DNA from: Candidatus Rokuibacteriota bacterium
GTDB lineage: Bacteria > Methylomirabilota > Methylomirabilia > Rokubacteriales > CSP1-6
Length of the DNA stretch: 64,000 bases
Reading direction: 5' to 3'
NCBI GenBank assembly: GCA_003220315.1
Contig: QHSA01000133.1
Coordinates: 14,843 to 78,842, forward strand
Part shown: positions 39,575 through 48,394 of the stretch, piece after piece
How the letters are laid out: every line of letters begins with the position of its first letter
Numbering within the stretch: the stretch's first letter is position 1
Notes under the pieces: generated by a model
Databases searched by the model: none
Told to the model about the DNA's origin: nothing
What the model saw: only the letters and a program-made list of their open reading frames with translations
Translations under genes and position numbers: made by a program

Positions 39575-39937
39575 CTAGTTGCGCGCGCGACGACCCGGCA
39601 GGGACGGCGGCTCGTAGTGGGCCGTCCCCGGCGGGCACGGATTCCGCACGGTGACCGCCACGGAGCCGGCGCCGGTGCCGCAACGGACGCTGCCATCGGC
39701 CTGCGGTGTGCACTCGGCGGCGCGAGGTGGCGGACCGTCCTCTCTGAGCGCCTGATCGAACGCCGACACGCGCGGCTCGATGGGCTGCGCGAAAATGCTC
39801 AGGATCATCGACGCGCTGACCGGCGTCTTCGCCTCCTCGGCGGAGGCGCCGGGCGCCCACGCGCCGAGCGTCAGGAGGGTGCCGGCCAGGAGCGTGGCGC
39901 CACCGCGCACGAGAGCGATCCGTGTCGAGATTCCCAC
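39575..39937 (-). CDS. hypothetical secreted protein
   Basis: GGAGG RBS, signal-like N-terminus, three Cys. Confidence 0.6.
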   Translation of the reverse strand: MGISTRIALVRGGATLLAGTLLTLGAWAPGASAEEAKTPVSASMILSIFAQPIEPRVSAFDQALREDGPPPRAAECTPQADGSVRCGTGAGSVAVTVRNPCPPGTAHYEPPSLPGRRARN

Positions 39938-39950
39938 CTGTGATGCCTCC

Positions 39951-40475
39951 TCAGTCGTAGACGATGAGGGAATGGAGCGGGAAGCTCTTGAGCTTGTCGC
40001 GGCCGTGGAGGAAGGCGAGCTCGATCAGGAACGCCACGCCGACGATGTGGCCCCCGAGCTGCTCGATCAGCCGGAGCGTCGCGGCCATCGTGCCGCCCGT
40101 GGCGAGCAGGTCATCGACGGCGAGTACGCGCTGCCCCGGCTTGACCGCGTCCTCGTGGATGGCGAGCGCGTCGCGCCCGTACTCGAGCTCGTACTCGACC
40201 TCGATGGTCTTGCCCGGGAGCTTGCCGAGCTTCCGCACGGGGACGAAACCCGCGCTCAGCTCGTGGGCGAGCGCCCCGCCGAAGATGAACCCACGCGACT
40301 CGACGGCGACCACGACGTCCACGCGCTCCTTCTGATAGCGGCCCGCGAGCACGTCGATCACGTAGCGGAACGCCGGACCGTCCTTGAGAAGGGTGGTGAT
40401 GTCCTTGAAGAGGATCCCCTCGGTTGGGAAGTCCCTGATGTCACGGATCTTCGCCCTGAGGTCGGCGATGTTCAT
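39951..40475 (-). CDS. apt: adenine phosphoribosyltransferase
   Basis: DFP..GILFKDIT, ESRGF, RK.GKLP, Y.LEYG, VDDLLATGGT. Confidence 0.97.
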   Translation of the reverse strand: MNIADLRAKIRDIRDFPTEGILFKDITTLLKDGPAFRYVIDVLAGRYQKERVDVVVAVESRGFIFGGALAHELSAGFVPVRKLGKLPGKTIEVEYELEYGRDALAIHEDAVKPGQRVLAVDDLLATGGTMAATLRLIEQLGGHIVGVAFLIELAFLHGRDKLKSFPLHSLIVYD

Positions 40476-40720
40476 CGCGCGCCTATCTTACGCGCTCCAT
40501 GTCGCAGCGCGCAAGACGCCGCATCACATCAAAATTTAGGTTACCGAGCGGGAGGTCGTACATCCTGAATTATGAGTTCCTACGGACGCCGCGCGACGGC
40601 GCCGACGTGCCCGCGTGACACCCAATGGACGGCCATCCGTCAGGTCACCGACGAGCGTCCGACGAGCGCCGCCGCTCAACCCACGAATTTCCTAGCGCCG
40701 ATGCCACGTGGAGTTCTACG

Positions 40721-40736
40721 TGGCACTCAACTTGCT
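40721..40736 (+). promoter_or_regulatory. sigma54 (-24/-12) promoter
   Basis: Consensus TGGCAC-TCAAC-TTGCT upstream of ORF 40775. Confidence 0.75.
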
Positions 40737-40774
40737 TCGTTCGAGGGTGAGGCAAGTTTCGACACGAGACACCC

Positions 40775-41143
40775 ATGCTGCTCCCGGAGCAAGTCCACCG
40801 GCTCTTCCAACTCGCCCTGGTCGAGTTCGCGCCCGACTGGGAGATCAGCGGAGCCTGCACGGAGCTCAGTCTACACAGGGCGGAGCACTGGGCTTCCGGC
40901 CTCGGGACATTCGGGCTCGTCCTCCACAACCGGGTGACCGGCGCCACGAAGGTTCTCGGCCGGCGGACGGGAGAGCTCCCGAACGCGACCTACCACCGTG
41001 GCATCTCGTATCGCGTCCTCGAGGCATACGCCGACCGGATCACGGACCCGATCCGGCGCTACTTCGAGGAGATCGGCGTCGTCGCCCCGCCGGAGGCGCG
41101 GTTCCAGAAGCCGCCGGCGGGCTCCGGCCTCAAGCACGCCTGA
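40775..41143 (+). CDS. hypothetical protein
   Basis: Protein-like composition, GC3-biased codons, sigma54 promoter upstream. Confidence 0.7.
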   Translation: MLLPEQVHRLFQLALVEFAPDWEISGACTELSLHRAEHWASGLGTFGLVLHNRVTGATKVLGRRTGELPNATYHRGISYRVLEAYADRITDPIRRYFEEIGVVAPPEARFQKPPAGSGLKHA

Positions 41144-41187
41144 CGCGTCGCCCGCGCGCCGACTTCCCCACCGCCCGACTGCCACGC

Positions 41188-41934
41188 TCATGACTCGAGC
41201 CGTGCGATCGCGTCGGGCAAGCCGCCGAGCCGCGGGATCGCGTCGTCGGGACGCCACAGGCCGACCGCCCGCGGCGCTTCGCTCGTGACGTGGATGACCC
41301 GCATGCCGGCGGCGCGCGCGCCCTGGATGTCGAGCACCTCGTCGTCGCCGACGTGCACCGCGCTCTCGGGGACGGCGCCGACGGCGCGCAGCGTGAGGGC
41401 GAAGATCTCGGGGTCCGGCTTGCGCACGCCCACTTCGTCCGAGAAGGTCGTATGCCGGAAGTAGCCGAGCAGCCCGAAGCGCTCGAGGAGCTTGCGCAGC
41501 GTGACGCCGGGCGTCCGCATGATGTTCGACACGACGGCGAGCGTGTATCCGCGCGCCGCGAGCGCCTCGAGGGCCGCGCGCGCGGACTCGTCCACCGCCG
41601 GCGGCACCAGGAGCGCGGGGCGCGCGTAGGCCTCGACGAGCATCGCCATCGTCTCGCTGGTCACCCGGCGGGGAAGTCCGGCATCGGCCGCGGCGAGGAT
41701 CGCCCGGACGTGCTCCGTCACCGGCACGTCGCGGTTCCGACTCCAGACTTTCGAGAGGAACGCGCCCGACTCCTCGTAGCCGCGCTCGAGCGCCCTGGCC
41801 GCGACGCGCAGGCCCGCCGCGGCGAGGACCGTCCCGAAGTCGGCCATGCGGCGCTTCTTGTAGCGGTTGTCGCTCGATGGCGGGTCGTGGAGCAGCGTTC
41901 CCCAGAAGTCGAGCGTGACCGTCGTGATCTTCAG
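41188..41934 (-). CDS. HAD-superfamily hydrolase
   Basis: LDFWGTL, VVSN, KPDP.IF, HVGD...D..GA..AG. Probable CTG start overlapping the upstream TGA. Confidence 0.9.
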   Translation of the reverse strand: MKITTVTLDFWGTLLHDPPSSDNRYKKRRMADFGTVLAAAGLRVAARALERGYEESGAFLSKVWSRNRDVPVTEHVRAILAAADAGLPRRVTSETMAMLVEAYARPALLVPPAVDESARAALEALAARGYTLAVVSNIMRTPGVTLRKLLERFGLLGYFRHTTFSDEVGVRKPDPEIFALTLRAVGAVPESAVHVGDDEVLDIQGARAAGMRVIHVTSEAPRAVGLWRPDDAIPRLGGLPDAIARLES

Positions 41935-42707
41935 CGTCGGCTCCTGAACTTCGGCGGCCGCTTCTCGAGGAACGCGCTCATCCCCTCGAAGGGCTCGTCG
42001 GTCGCGTAGGCCGCGACAAACGCGTCGACCCCCGAGCGCACCGCCGTCCTCAGGTCGGTCGCGCGCCAGCGGACGATCAGCTCCTTCTGCAGGCGGACCG
42101 CCTCGGGACCGCACGCGAGGATCGCGTCCACGCGCGCCTGCACGGTCGCGCGCAGGCGCTCGGCCGGCACGACGTCGTTGACGAGCCCCCACTCGTGCGC
42201 CCGCTCCGCCGTGATCGGCTCGCCGGTGAGGAGCAGTTCCGCGGCGCGGCCGGGACCGACCAGGGGCGGCAGGAGCGCCGCCTGGATCACGGACGGCACG
42301 CCCACGCGGACTTCCGGCAGGCCGAGGGGCGCCCCCGCGACGGCCACGCGCAGGTCGCACGCGAGCGCCAGCTCGAAGCCGGCGCCGAGGCACGCGCCGT
42401 TCACCGCGGCGATCACCGGGCACGGCGCCCGGTGCACGGCGTCGATCGCGTCGTGCAACGCGGTGATCAGCTCCATCGCCCGCGCCGCGTCGAGATCGCG
42501 CAAGACCCGCACGTCCATGCCCGCCGTGAACGCGCGCCCGCTGCCGGTCAGGACCACCACGCGCGTGGCGCGATCGGCGGCGAACGCGTCGAAGGCCGCG
42601 CGCACGGCGTGGATCACCCCGGGGTCGAGGAGGTTGAGCGGCGGACGGTCCAGCGTGCACCAGACGGCGACACCGGCCCGCTCGACGTGGAGCCCCGCGT
42701 CCGCCAC
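41931..42707 (-). CDS. enoyl-CoA hydratase/isomerase family protein
   Basis: AFTAGMD, AVNG.CLGAGFELALACD, GLPEVRVG, AFLEKR.P.F. Confidence 0.92.
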   Translation of the reverse strand: MADAGLHVERAGVAVWCTLDRPPLNLLDPGVIHAVRAAFDAFAADRATRVVVLTGSGRAFTAGMDVRVLRDLDAARAMELITALHDAIDAVHRAPCPVIAAVNGACLGAGFELALACDLRVAVAGAPLGLPEVRVGVPSVIQAALLPPLVGPGRAAELLLTGEPITAERAHEWGLVNDVVPAERLRATVQARVDAILACGPEAVRLQKELIVRWRATDLRTAVRSGVDAFVAAYATDEPFEGMSAFLEKRPPKFRSRR

Positions 42708-42802
42708 TAGTCGCTTGCCGGGCTTGGATCTCGCACGGAGCGGACCCAGCGGTGTCGCGCCGAATGGCGAGCCAGGGGCCGCCCGAGGGAGGAGCCCGAC
42801 AC

Positions 42803-43120
42803 TTAATACCGGCGCATGGTCGGGTCGACCGTCCGCGCCCAGTGATCGAGGCCCCCGACGAGGTTCTTCACGTTCTTGAAGCCGAGCTGGCGCAGGTAGT
42901 CGGCGACCGCCGCGCTCCGCACGCCCTGATGGCAGTAGACGACGATCTCGTCGTCGGAATTGAGCTCGCCCGCCCTGACCTCGATCTCCTCGATCGGGAT
43001 GTGCACCGAGTTGTCGAGGCGGCAGAGCCGCGTCTCCCAGTCCTGGCGCACGTCGAGCAGGAGGGGCCGGTCGTTCCGGTCCAGTCGCGCTTTCAGGTCT
43101 TGCGGCGTGATGCCGTCCAT
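42803..43120 (-). CDS. rhodanese-like sulfurtransferase
   Basis: LLDVR, YCHQGVRS, NL.GGL..W...VDP...RY. Confidence 0.9.
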   Translation of the reverse strand: MDGITPQDLKARLDRNDRPLLLDVRQDWETRLCRLDNSVHIPIEEIEVRAGELNSDDEIVVYCHQGVRSAAVADYLRQLGFKNVKNLVGGLDHWARTVDPTMRRY

Positions 43121-43132
43121 GACGATCTCCGC

Positions 43133-43984
43133 TCAGCGGGGCGCGGGCCGCCCGACCAGGAAGTCCACGAGCCAGCGGTTCACGGTCTCGGCCTGCTCGA
43201 TCTGGGGGAAGTGCCCGCACTCGTCCACCCAGCGGACCGTCGCGTGCGCGAAGCCTTCGGCGACCAGCGCGCAGTGCGCCGACGGCACGACGCGGTCCTG
43301 GCGGCCGTGGATCAGCAGGACGGGGAGGTCGAGGGTCGCGATCGCGCGGCGGTAGTCCTCAGCGTGGACTTCGAAGTCCGTCCGCACGTGGCGGAGCGTG
43401 GCGAGGTACGCCGCGCGCGCCTCGGCGGCGGTCCGCGCCGCGAATCCGAAGTCGACGAAGAAGTCGACCTCCTCGCGGACCGGCCGGTGGAAGCAGCGCG
43501 CGAGCGCGGCTTTGTAGAGCGCCGCCGAGCCGCAGCGCGCGAGCGCCTCACCGATGAGCGGTAGGGCGACGAGCCGGTAGACCCATGAGGGGCGATAGCC
43601 GAAGCCAGGGACGACGCCGCCCACGAGGGCGAGCCGCTCGACCCGCGCCGGATGGGTGACCGCGTACGTGACGGCGACGGCCGCGCCGAGCGAGTGGCCC
43701 ACGAGCGAGGCCCCCTGGATTCCGAGCGCTTCCATGAACCCGTGGAGCGCGCCGGCGAAGTAGGGCAGCCGGTAGCGCGTGCGGGGCTTCGCGGAGGCGC
43801 CGAAGCCAGGGAGGTCGAGCGCGTACACGGTCGTCCGCGCCGCGAGCCCGCGCAGGGTGTGGCGCCAGGACTCGGCGAACCCGCCCAGGCCGTGCACCAG
43901 GACGACGGCGGGCCCACGCCCCTCGACGAGGTAGTGGAGATCGAGCCCGTCGACTTCGCCGCCCCGAAGCCGGAGTTCTGGCAT
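43133..43984 (-). CDS. alpha/beta fold hydrolase
   Basis: VHGLGG, DLPGFG.S, GHSLG, G..D, GHFPQ.E. Confidence 0.92.
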   Translation of the reverse strand: MPELRLRGGEVDGLDLHYLVEGRGPAVVLVHGLGGFAESWRHTLRGLAARTTVYALDLPGFGASAKPRTRYRLPYFAGALHGFMEALGIQGASLVGHSLGAAVAVTYAVTHPARVERLALVGGVVPGFGYRPSWVYRLVALPLIGEALARCGSAALYKAALARCFHRPVREEVDFFVDFGFAARTAAEARAAYLATLRHVRTDFEVHAEDYRRAIATLDLPVLLIHGRQDRVVPSAHCALVAEGFAHATVRWVDECGHFPQIEQAETVNRWLVDFLVGRPAPR

Positions 43985-44061
43985 GAGGCTACGATTCTAC
44001 CAAACCGCCGCCGCCCGACTCGGGACATCGGAGGCGCGCCGGCCGCCCGGGCGTCACTCTC

Positions 44062-45006
44062 TCAGGCGAACAGGTCGGGAGGCGAGGAATCGGCCGCCGG
44101 GCTGAGCGGCCGTCCGAGGAGCCGCCTCAGCATGAGCGCGTTCCGGACCGGGTAGTCGCGGTTGTTGTTGTTGAAGGAGATGAAGACCTGCTCGGCCTCC
44201 TCTCCGATCCGCCCGATCTCGGGGACGAGCTCCCGGAGCTCCGCCTCGCTGTAGAGGTAGTCGTACTTCTCACGCACGGTCGGCTCCTCCCCTCGGAGCT
44301 GGCGGAGCCATCCCTCGGCGTTCCGCCCGTGCAGACGGAACACGGCGCTCGGCGCGGTCGCGGCCGTCACGCGCGGCACCGCGCCGGCGGCGACCGGCGC
44401 GTCGACGATCACGTGGGCGAGCCGCGCTCCAGCGAGCGCCGCGAGCGTCTCGGCCGCGTGCTCGGGGAACCACGAGCGATGGCGGAACTCGACCGCGATC
44501 GTGAAGCCCGGCAGGCGCTCAACGAGGGAGGCGAGGTAGTCGAGCCACGCGGCGCCGAAGCGAACCCACGGCGCGAACTGGAAGAGGACGTAGCCGAGCT
44601 TCCCCGCCTCGGCCAGCGGTGCCACGGCCGCGCGGAAGAGCCGCACCGCGGCGTCCACCGCCTCGGGCGGAAAGCTCGTGGCCTCGATCTCCCCGCGCCG
44701 CGTCCGCCGGGGCTGTCGGGGCAGGAGGGCCACGAGCTCCGCCGGGAGGCTCTCGGGCTTCGGGTGGTGCCCCGTCAGCAGCGCGTAGGCCTTGACGTGG
44801 AAGACGAACCCGGGGGGCGTGCGCTCGACCCAGCGGACGGTGTTGCGGACGTCGGGAATCGCGTAGTAAGAGCTGTTCACCTCGACGGTGTCGAAGACGC
44901 TCGCGTAATAGCGCAGGCGCGCCTCCGCCGACATGGACCGCCTCGGATAGAAGCCGCCGCTCTCGATGAGCGCAGGATCCGCCCAGGAGCAGATCCCGAC
45001 TCGCAC
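44062..45006 (-). CDS. DUF72 (YecE-like) protein
   Basis: F.TVEVNSSYY, F.F.VKA, LFQF, VEFRH.SW, RLHGRN, Y.YLYS, FNN. Confidence 0.9.
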   Translation of the reverse strand: MRVGICSWADPALIESGGFYPRRSMSAEARLRYYASVFDTVEVNSSYYAIPDVRNTVRWVERTPPGFVFHVKAYALLTGHHPKPESLPAELVALLPRQPRRTRRGEIEATSFPPEAVDAAVRLFRAAVAPLAEAGKLGYVLFQFAPWVRFGAAWLDYLASLVERLPGFTIAVEFRHRSWFPEHAAETLAALAGARLAHVIVDAPVAAGAVPRVTAATAPSAVFRLHGRNAEGWLRQLRGEEPTVREKYDYLYSEAELRELVPEIGRIGEEAEQVFISFNNNNRDYPVRNALMLRRLLGRPLSPAADSSPPDLFA

Positions 45007-45019
45007 GCGCTCGGTGGGG

Positions 45020-45568
45020 CTAGAGGATCTTTTCGTAGATGCCGGGTGAGATGACGCGGTAGACGTGGATCGGCTGCGAGACGTTCTTGAAGGTCTTCTC
45101 CCCGACGCTCTCGAGGACGAAGTGATGACGGATGCGCTCGGCCGTCGTCGGGTCGAGCGCCTGCGCGAAGAGCGGCCCGCTCATCGGCGCACCCGGCGCT
45201 CGTTGCATCTTCGAGATGTTCGCGAGGACCTCGGGCGCGAGGCCGGCCCTCCGTGCGACATCCCCCGCGGTGGCGAGGTCGGTGAACGCCTCGACGCCGT
45301 TGCGACGGTAGATGGTGAACCCTTCGACGAGCGACGAGGACTTGAGCTCCTGGATCATCGTGCGCGTGACGTCCGGACGCTCCTGCAGCATGGCGCCCTC
45401 GATGGACGCGACCACGGCCGTCGTGAGCCGGCGGGCCGCGATCTTGTTCTGGTCGATCAAGGCATCCGACTCGCGCCGGATCGTGACGATCGTCGAGGCG
45501 CCGAAGCCAAGGATGAGCACGATCACGATGAGCAGCCCGATCTTGATCGCGAGCCGGGAGCGGAACAT
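45020..45568 (-). pseudogene. sensor adenylate/guanylate cyclase remnant with large in-frame internal deletion
   Basis: N-terminal TM plus periplasmic sensor start joined directly to a class III cyclase-like tail (TAERI...F.LESVG...FKNVSQPIHVYRV). Confidence 0.55.
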
Positions 45569-45578
45569 CGCGGAGCGG

Positions 45579-46031
45579 TCAGCGCTGCGCGGCCTGCGCG
45601 ATCGCCTGCGCGAGCTCGTCCGCCTCTTTCGGATCGAGCGGCCTGAGGCGCGCGAGCACCTCTCGCGCCTCCGCGAGCCGGCCCATCCGCACGTACGCCT
45701 CGCCGAGGTACTCGAGCGCCTGCGGGTACTGCGGGCGGAGTCGCAGCGCTTCCTGGTAGGCCTTCACGGATTCCTCGAACTTCCCCCGCTTCCGCAGCGC
45801 GTGGCCGAGCCCGTTCCACGCCTCTGGAAACGCGGGCCGGACCCGGGTCGCCTCGCGGTAGGCCTGCTCGGCTCCCGCCCAGTCGCTCTGGCGCGCGAGG
45901 GCCTGGCCCTGGTTGAAGTATGACTCGGCGGTGACGGCAGCGGGCTGGCCGGGTGCGGAGGCGTCGTCGTCGGGGTTCGCCGCGACCCCGGTCGCCAGGA
46001 GGAGCACGAGCGACACGAGGGCGAGACGCAT
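45579..46031 (-). CDS. secreted TPR protein
   Basis: Signal peptide; TPR motifs AWNGLG, YQEAL.L.P, ALEYLGEAY. Confidence 0.85.
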   Translation of the reverse strand: MRLALVSLVLLLATGVAANPDDDASAPGQPAAVTAESYFNQGQALARQSDWAGAEQAYREATRVRPAFPEAWNGLGHALRKRGKFEESVKAYQEALRLRPQYPQALEYLGEAYVRMGRLAEAREVLARLRPLDPKEADELAQAIAQAAQR

Positions 46032-46144
46032 GGCCGATCCTACCATGAAGGAGGCTCCGGTCACGGACCGCCCGCCGCACCGACCCCGCGTGCGGCGCGC
46101 GCGGGGCGGCGCGCGCGGTCAGGGTCTGCTAGAATTCGTCTCCG

Positions 46145-46372
46145 ATGGCGCGAGCCGACAACTTCGAGGAGTTCGAGGCGACGAGCCTCTTCTGTCCGCG
46201 CTGCCGGCGCGCGACGCCGGTGCGCAAGAAGCTGCTCCTCGTCCTCCCGAGCGGCAACAAGTACGACTACGTCTGCGCCGAGTGCGGTGCGACGGTCGGT
46301 GGCAAGACGGACAACGACGCGAGCGCGTTTCACACGACGATCCCTCCCGCGTCGCCGCGCGATTTCCGGTAG
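46145..46372 (+). CDS. small Zn-ribbon protein
   Basis: CPRC...CAECG; extended -10 box TGCTAGAAT upstream. Confidence 0.8.
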   Translation: MARADNFEEFEATSLFCPRCRRATPVRKKLLLVLPSGNKYDYVCAECGATVGGKTDNDASAFHTTIPPASPRDFR

Positions 46373-46575
46373 CAGCTAACTCCGCGCCAGATCAGTCGCG
46401 CAGGTCTCGGGTGTCAGCCCGTTGACACCGCCCGTTGTGGTCGTCGTCCTCATCTCAACATCCTGTTGCATAACACGACGCGTCTTGGCATACTCTCTCA
46501 ACTTCATTCTTCTTTTTTCCTTCCCGCGTCCATCGAACAGCGGACTCCGTAGTTGAAATAGTAAGGAGGAACCGT

Positions 46576-47223
46576 ATGAGTAGGTACGGCAAGGCGGTTC
46601 TCGTTTTGGCGTTCGCGCTCACCGTCGCGGTGGGTGGGCTCATCCTCACGCGCCAAGTCATCGCCGTCGCAGGAGAAGCCGACGCCGAGCGGCTCAGCCG
46701 CGCGGTGCTCGAGTACATCGCCGAGAAGAACCCGCAGGCGCCGATCAAGGCGTTTCAAAAGTTTCCCGAGGTGCTCATCGCCGAAGCCCAGCGCGCGAAC
46801 ATCGACCACTGCCTGGTGCTCGCGCAGGCGGAGGTCGAGTCCGAGTTCCGTCACGATGCGGTCGGCCGGGCCGGAGAGGTCGGCCTGTTCCAGATGCTGC
46901 CGTCCACGGCGGTGCTCTTCGAATCGACCGTCGGTCCCTTCCGGCGCCCGGTGCTCAAGGGCCAGCGCGATCTCGGCGACCTCGCCGACCCGCGGGTCAG
47001 CGCGCGCTTCGCGTTGGCCTACCTCCGCGACATCATGAGCCGCAAGCCGAACATCAAGGACGCACTCACCGAGTACAACGGGGGTCCTGCGGGCCGTCAC
47101 CCGCACTACTATCGGATGGTCATGGGCGCGTACGTCGAGATTCTGGAGCGGAGTGAGCTGCGGTGCCGCCTGCAGCCCGCGCCGAAACGGCTCCCGGTCC
47201 TCGCGTTCCTGACTCGCGTCTGA
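46576..47223 (+). CDS. SLT-domain lytic transglycosylase
   Basis: ES.F...A....GEVGLFQM, AL.EYNGG; AAGGAGG RBS. Confidence 0.85.
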   Translation: MSRYGKAVLVLAFALTVAVGGLILTRQVIAVAGEADAERLSRAVLEYIAEKNPQAPIKAFQKFPEVLIAEAQRANIDHCLVLAQAEVESEFRHDAVGRAGEVGLFQMLPSTAVLFESTVGPFRRPVLKGQRDLGDLADPRVSARFALAYLRDIMSRKPNIKDALTEYNGGPAGRHPHYYRMVMGAYVEILERSELRCRLQPAPKRLPVLAFLTRV

Positions 47224-47410
47224 TCCGTGCCGCGGCCCCCGGACGCGCGTGATCGGGGAGCGCTCGCGCCCGCCGTCTACGTGCGGCTGGCGCTCGTGAT
47301 GAAGACGAAGCCGGCGCGGCCGGTCGCGAGCACCCGACTGCTCGAGAACTCTTCGATCCGTCCCTCGCCGTCCGCGTAGCGACCGTGATCGGCGACGAGC
47401 CGGGCGCGGC

Positions 47411-47600
47411 CGACGTCGCGACGATCCCTCCATGGGCCGTGCCCGGCGGGCCCCCGTACTGGCGGCTGACGATGCTGGGCGAGACGCCGCCGTCGTCCTT
47501 GAAGGACCGGACGCGAAGTCCGACCGGGTGGCCCGGTCCGCAGCCGAAGCAGTGATAATAGAGGTCGGCGGGCGTGCGGTGAAACGCTGCGCCTCGAGCC
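47411..47600 (-). pseudogene. PaaI/hot-dog thioesterase fragment
   Basis: HCFGCGPGHPVGL...GPPGTAHGGIVAT motif with no recognisable start or C-terminal half; boundaries approximate. Confidence 0.5.
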
Positions 47601-47686
47601 CGGCGAGTCGCTCGCGGACGACGCGGAGATCGGTGAGCGCCGTACGGCCGAGCCGCAGAGACGCTCCCGGCCTGGAGGGAGGAGAA

Positions 47687-48109
47687 ATGCGAACCCGACG
47701 GTCCCTGACGCTCGTTCTCGCCGGTCTGCTGGCGCTTGGCGGGTGCGCCTCGAGCCAGTCGCCAGTGCTCTACCCCAACGAGAAGCTGAAGCAGGCCGGC
47801 CGGGAGCAGGCCGACCGCGAGATCACGGAATGCCGCAAGCTCGCGGACGCCTACGTGCAGAGCACCGCCGGCAAGGACGTCGCCAAGGGTGCGGCCGTCG
47901 GCGGAGCGGCGGGCGCGGCGATCGGCGCCGTCGGTGGCGCGGTCAGCGGCCGCGGTGCCGGAACCGGGGCGGCGGTCGGGGCCGCGACCGGTGCGACGGC
48001 GGGCGCCGCCCACGGCGTCGTCAAGCAGACGGCGCCGAGCCCGGTCTACAAGGCCTACGTAAACCGCTGCCTGCGGGAGCGGGGCTACGAAGTCATCGGC
48101 TGGCAGTAG
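47687..48109 (+). CDS. glycine-zipper lipoprotein
   Basis: Lipobox LGGC; GAAVGGAAGAAIGAVGG; CL.ERGY; GGAGGAG RBS. Confidence 0.88.
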   Translation: MRTRRSLTLVLAGLLALGGCASSQSPVLYPNEKLKQAGREQADREITECRKLADAYVQSTAGKDVAKGAAVGGAAGAAIGAVGGAVSGRGAGTGAAVGAATGATAGAAHGVVKQTAPSPVYKAYVNRCLRERGYEVIGWQ

Positions 48110-48112
48110 GCG

Positions 48113-48394
48113 CTACGCCAGGACCGCGTCGATCTTGCGCGCGAGCGCAAAGTCCTTGGCGGTGAGACCGCCCGCCGAGTGCGTCCAGAGGGAGAGCGTG
48201 ACCGCGTTCCCGTGGATCGCGATGTCCGGGTGATGTCCGGCGCTCTCCGCGAACGCCGCGACGGCGTTGACGAAGAACATCGCGTCTTTGAAGCTCTGGA
48301 ACCGGTACGTGCGATCGATCGTCTTGCCCACCCGCGTCCAGTCCGGCGTCCGCTCGAGCTCGGCCACGACCGCCGCATCGCCCAGGAGGGTCAT
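48113..48394 (-). CDS. phhB: pterin-4-alpha-carbinolamine dehydratase
   Basis: F..F..AM.FVN.VA..AE...HHPDI, L.THSAGGLT.KD..LA..ID. Confidence 0.92.
   Translation of the reverse strand: MTLLGDAAVVAELERTPDWTRVGKTIDRTYRFQSFKDAMFFVNAVAAFAESAGHHPDIAIHGNAVTLSLWTHSAGGLTAKDFALARKIDAVLA

Noticed and set aside
46486..46502. TTGGCATA as a sigma54 promoter
   Set aside because: No GC dinucleotide at the -12 position.
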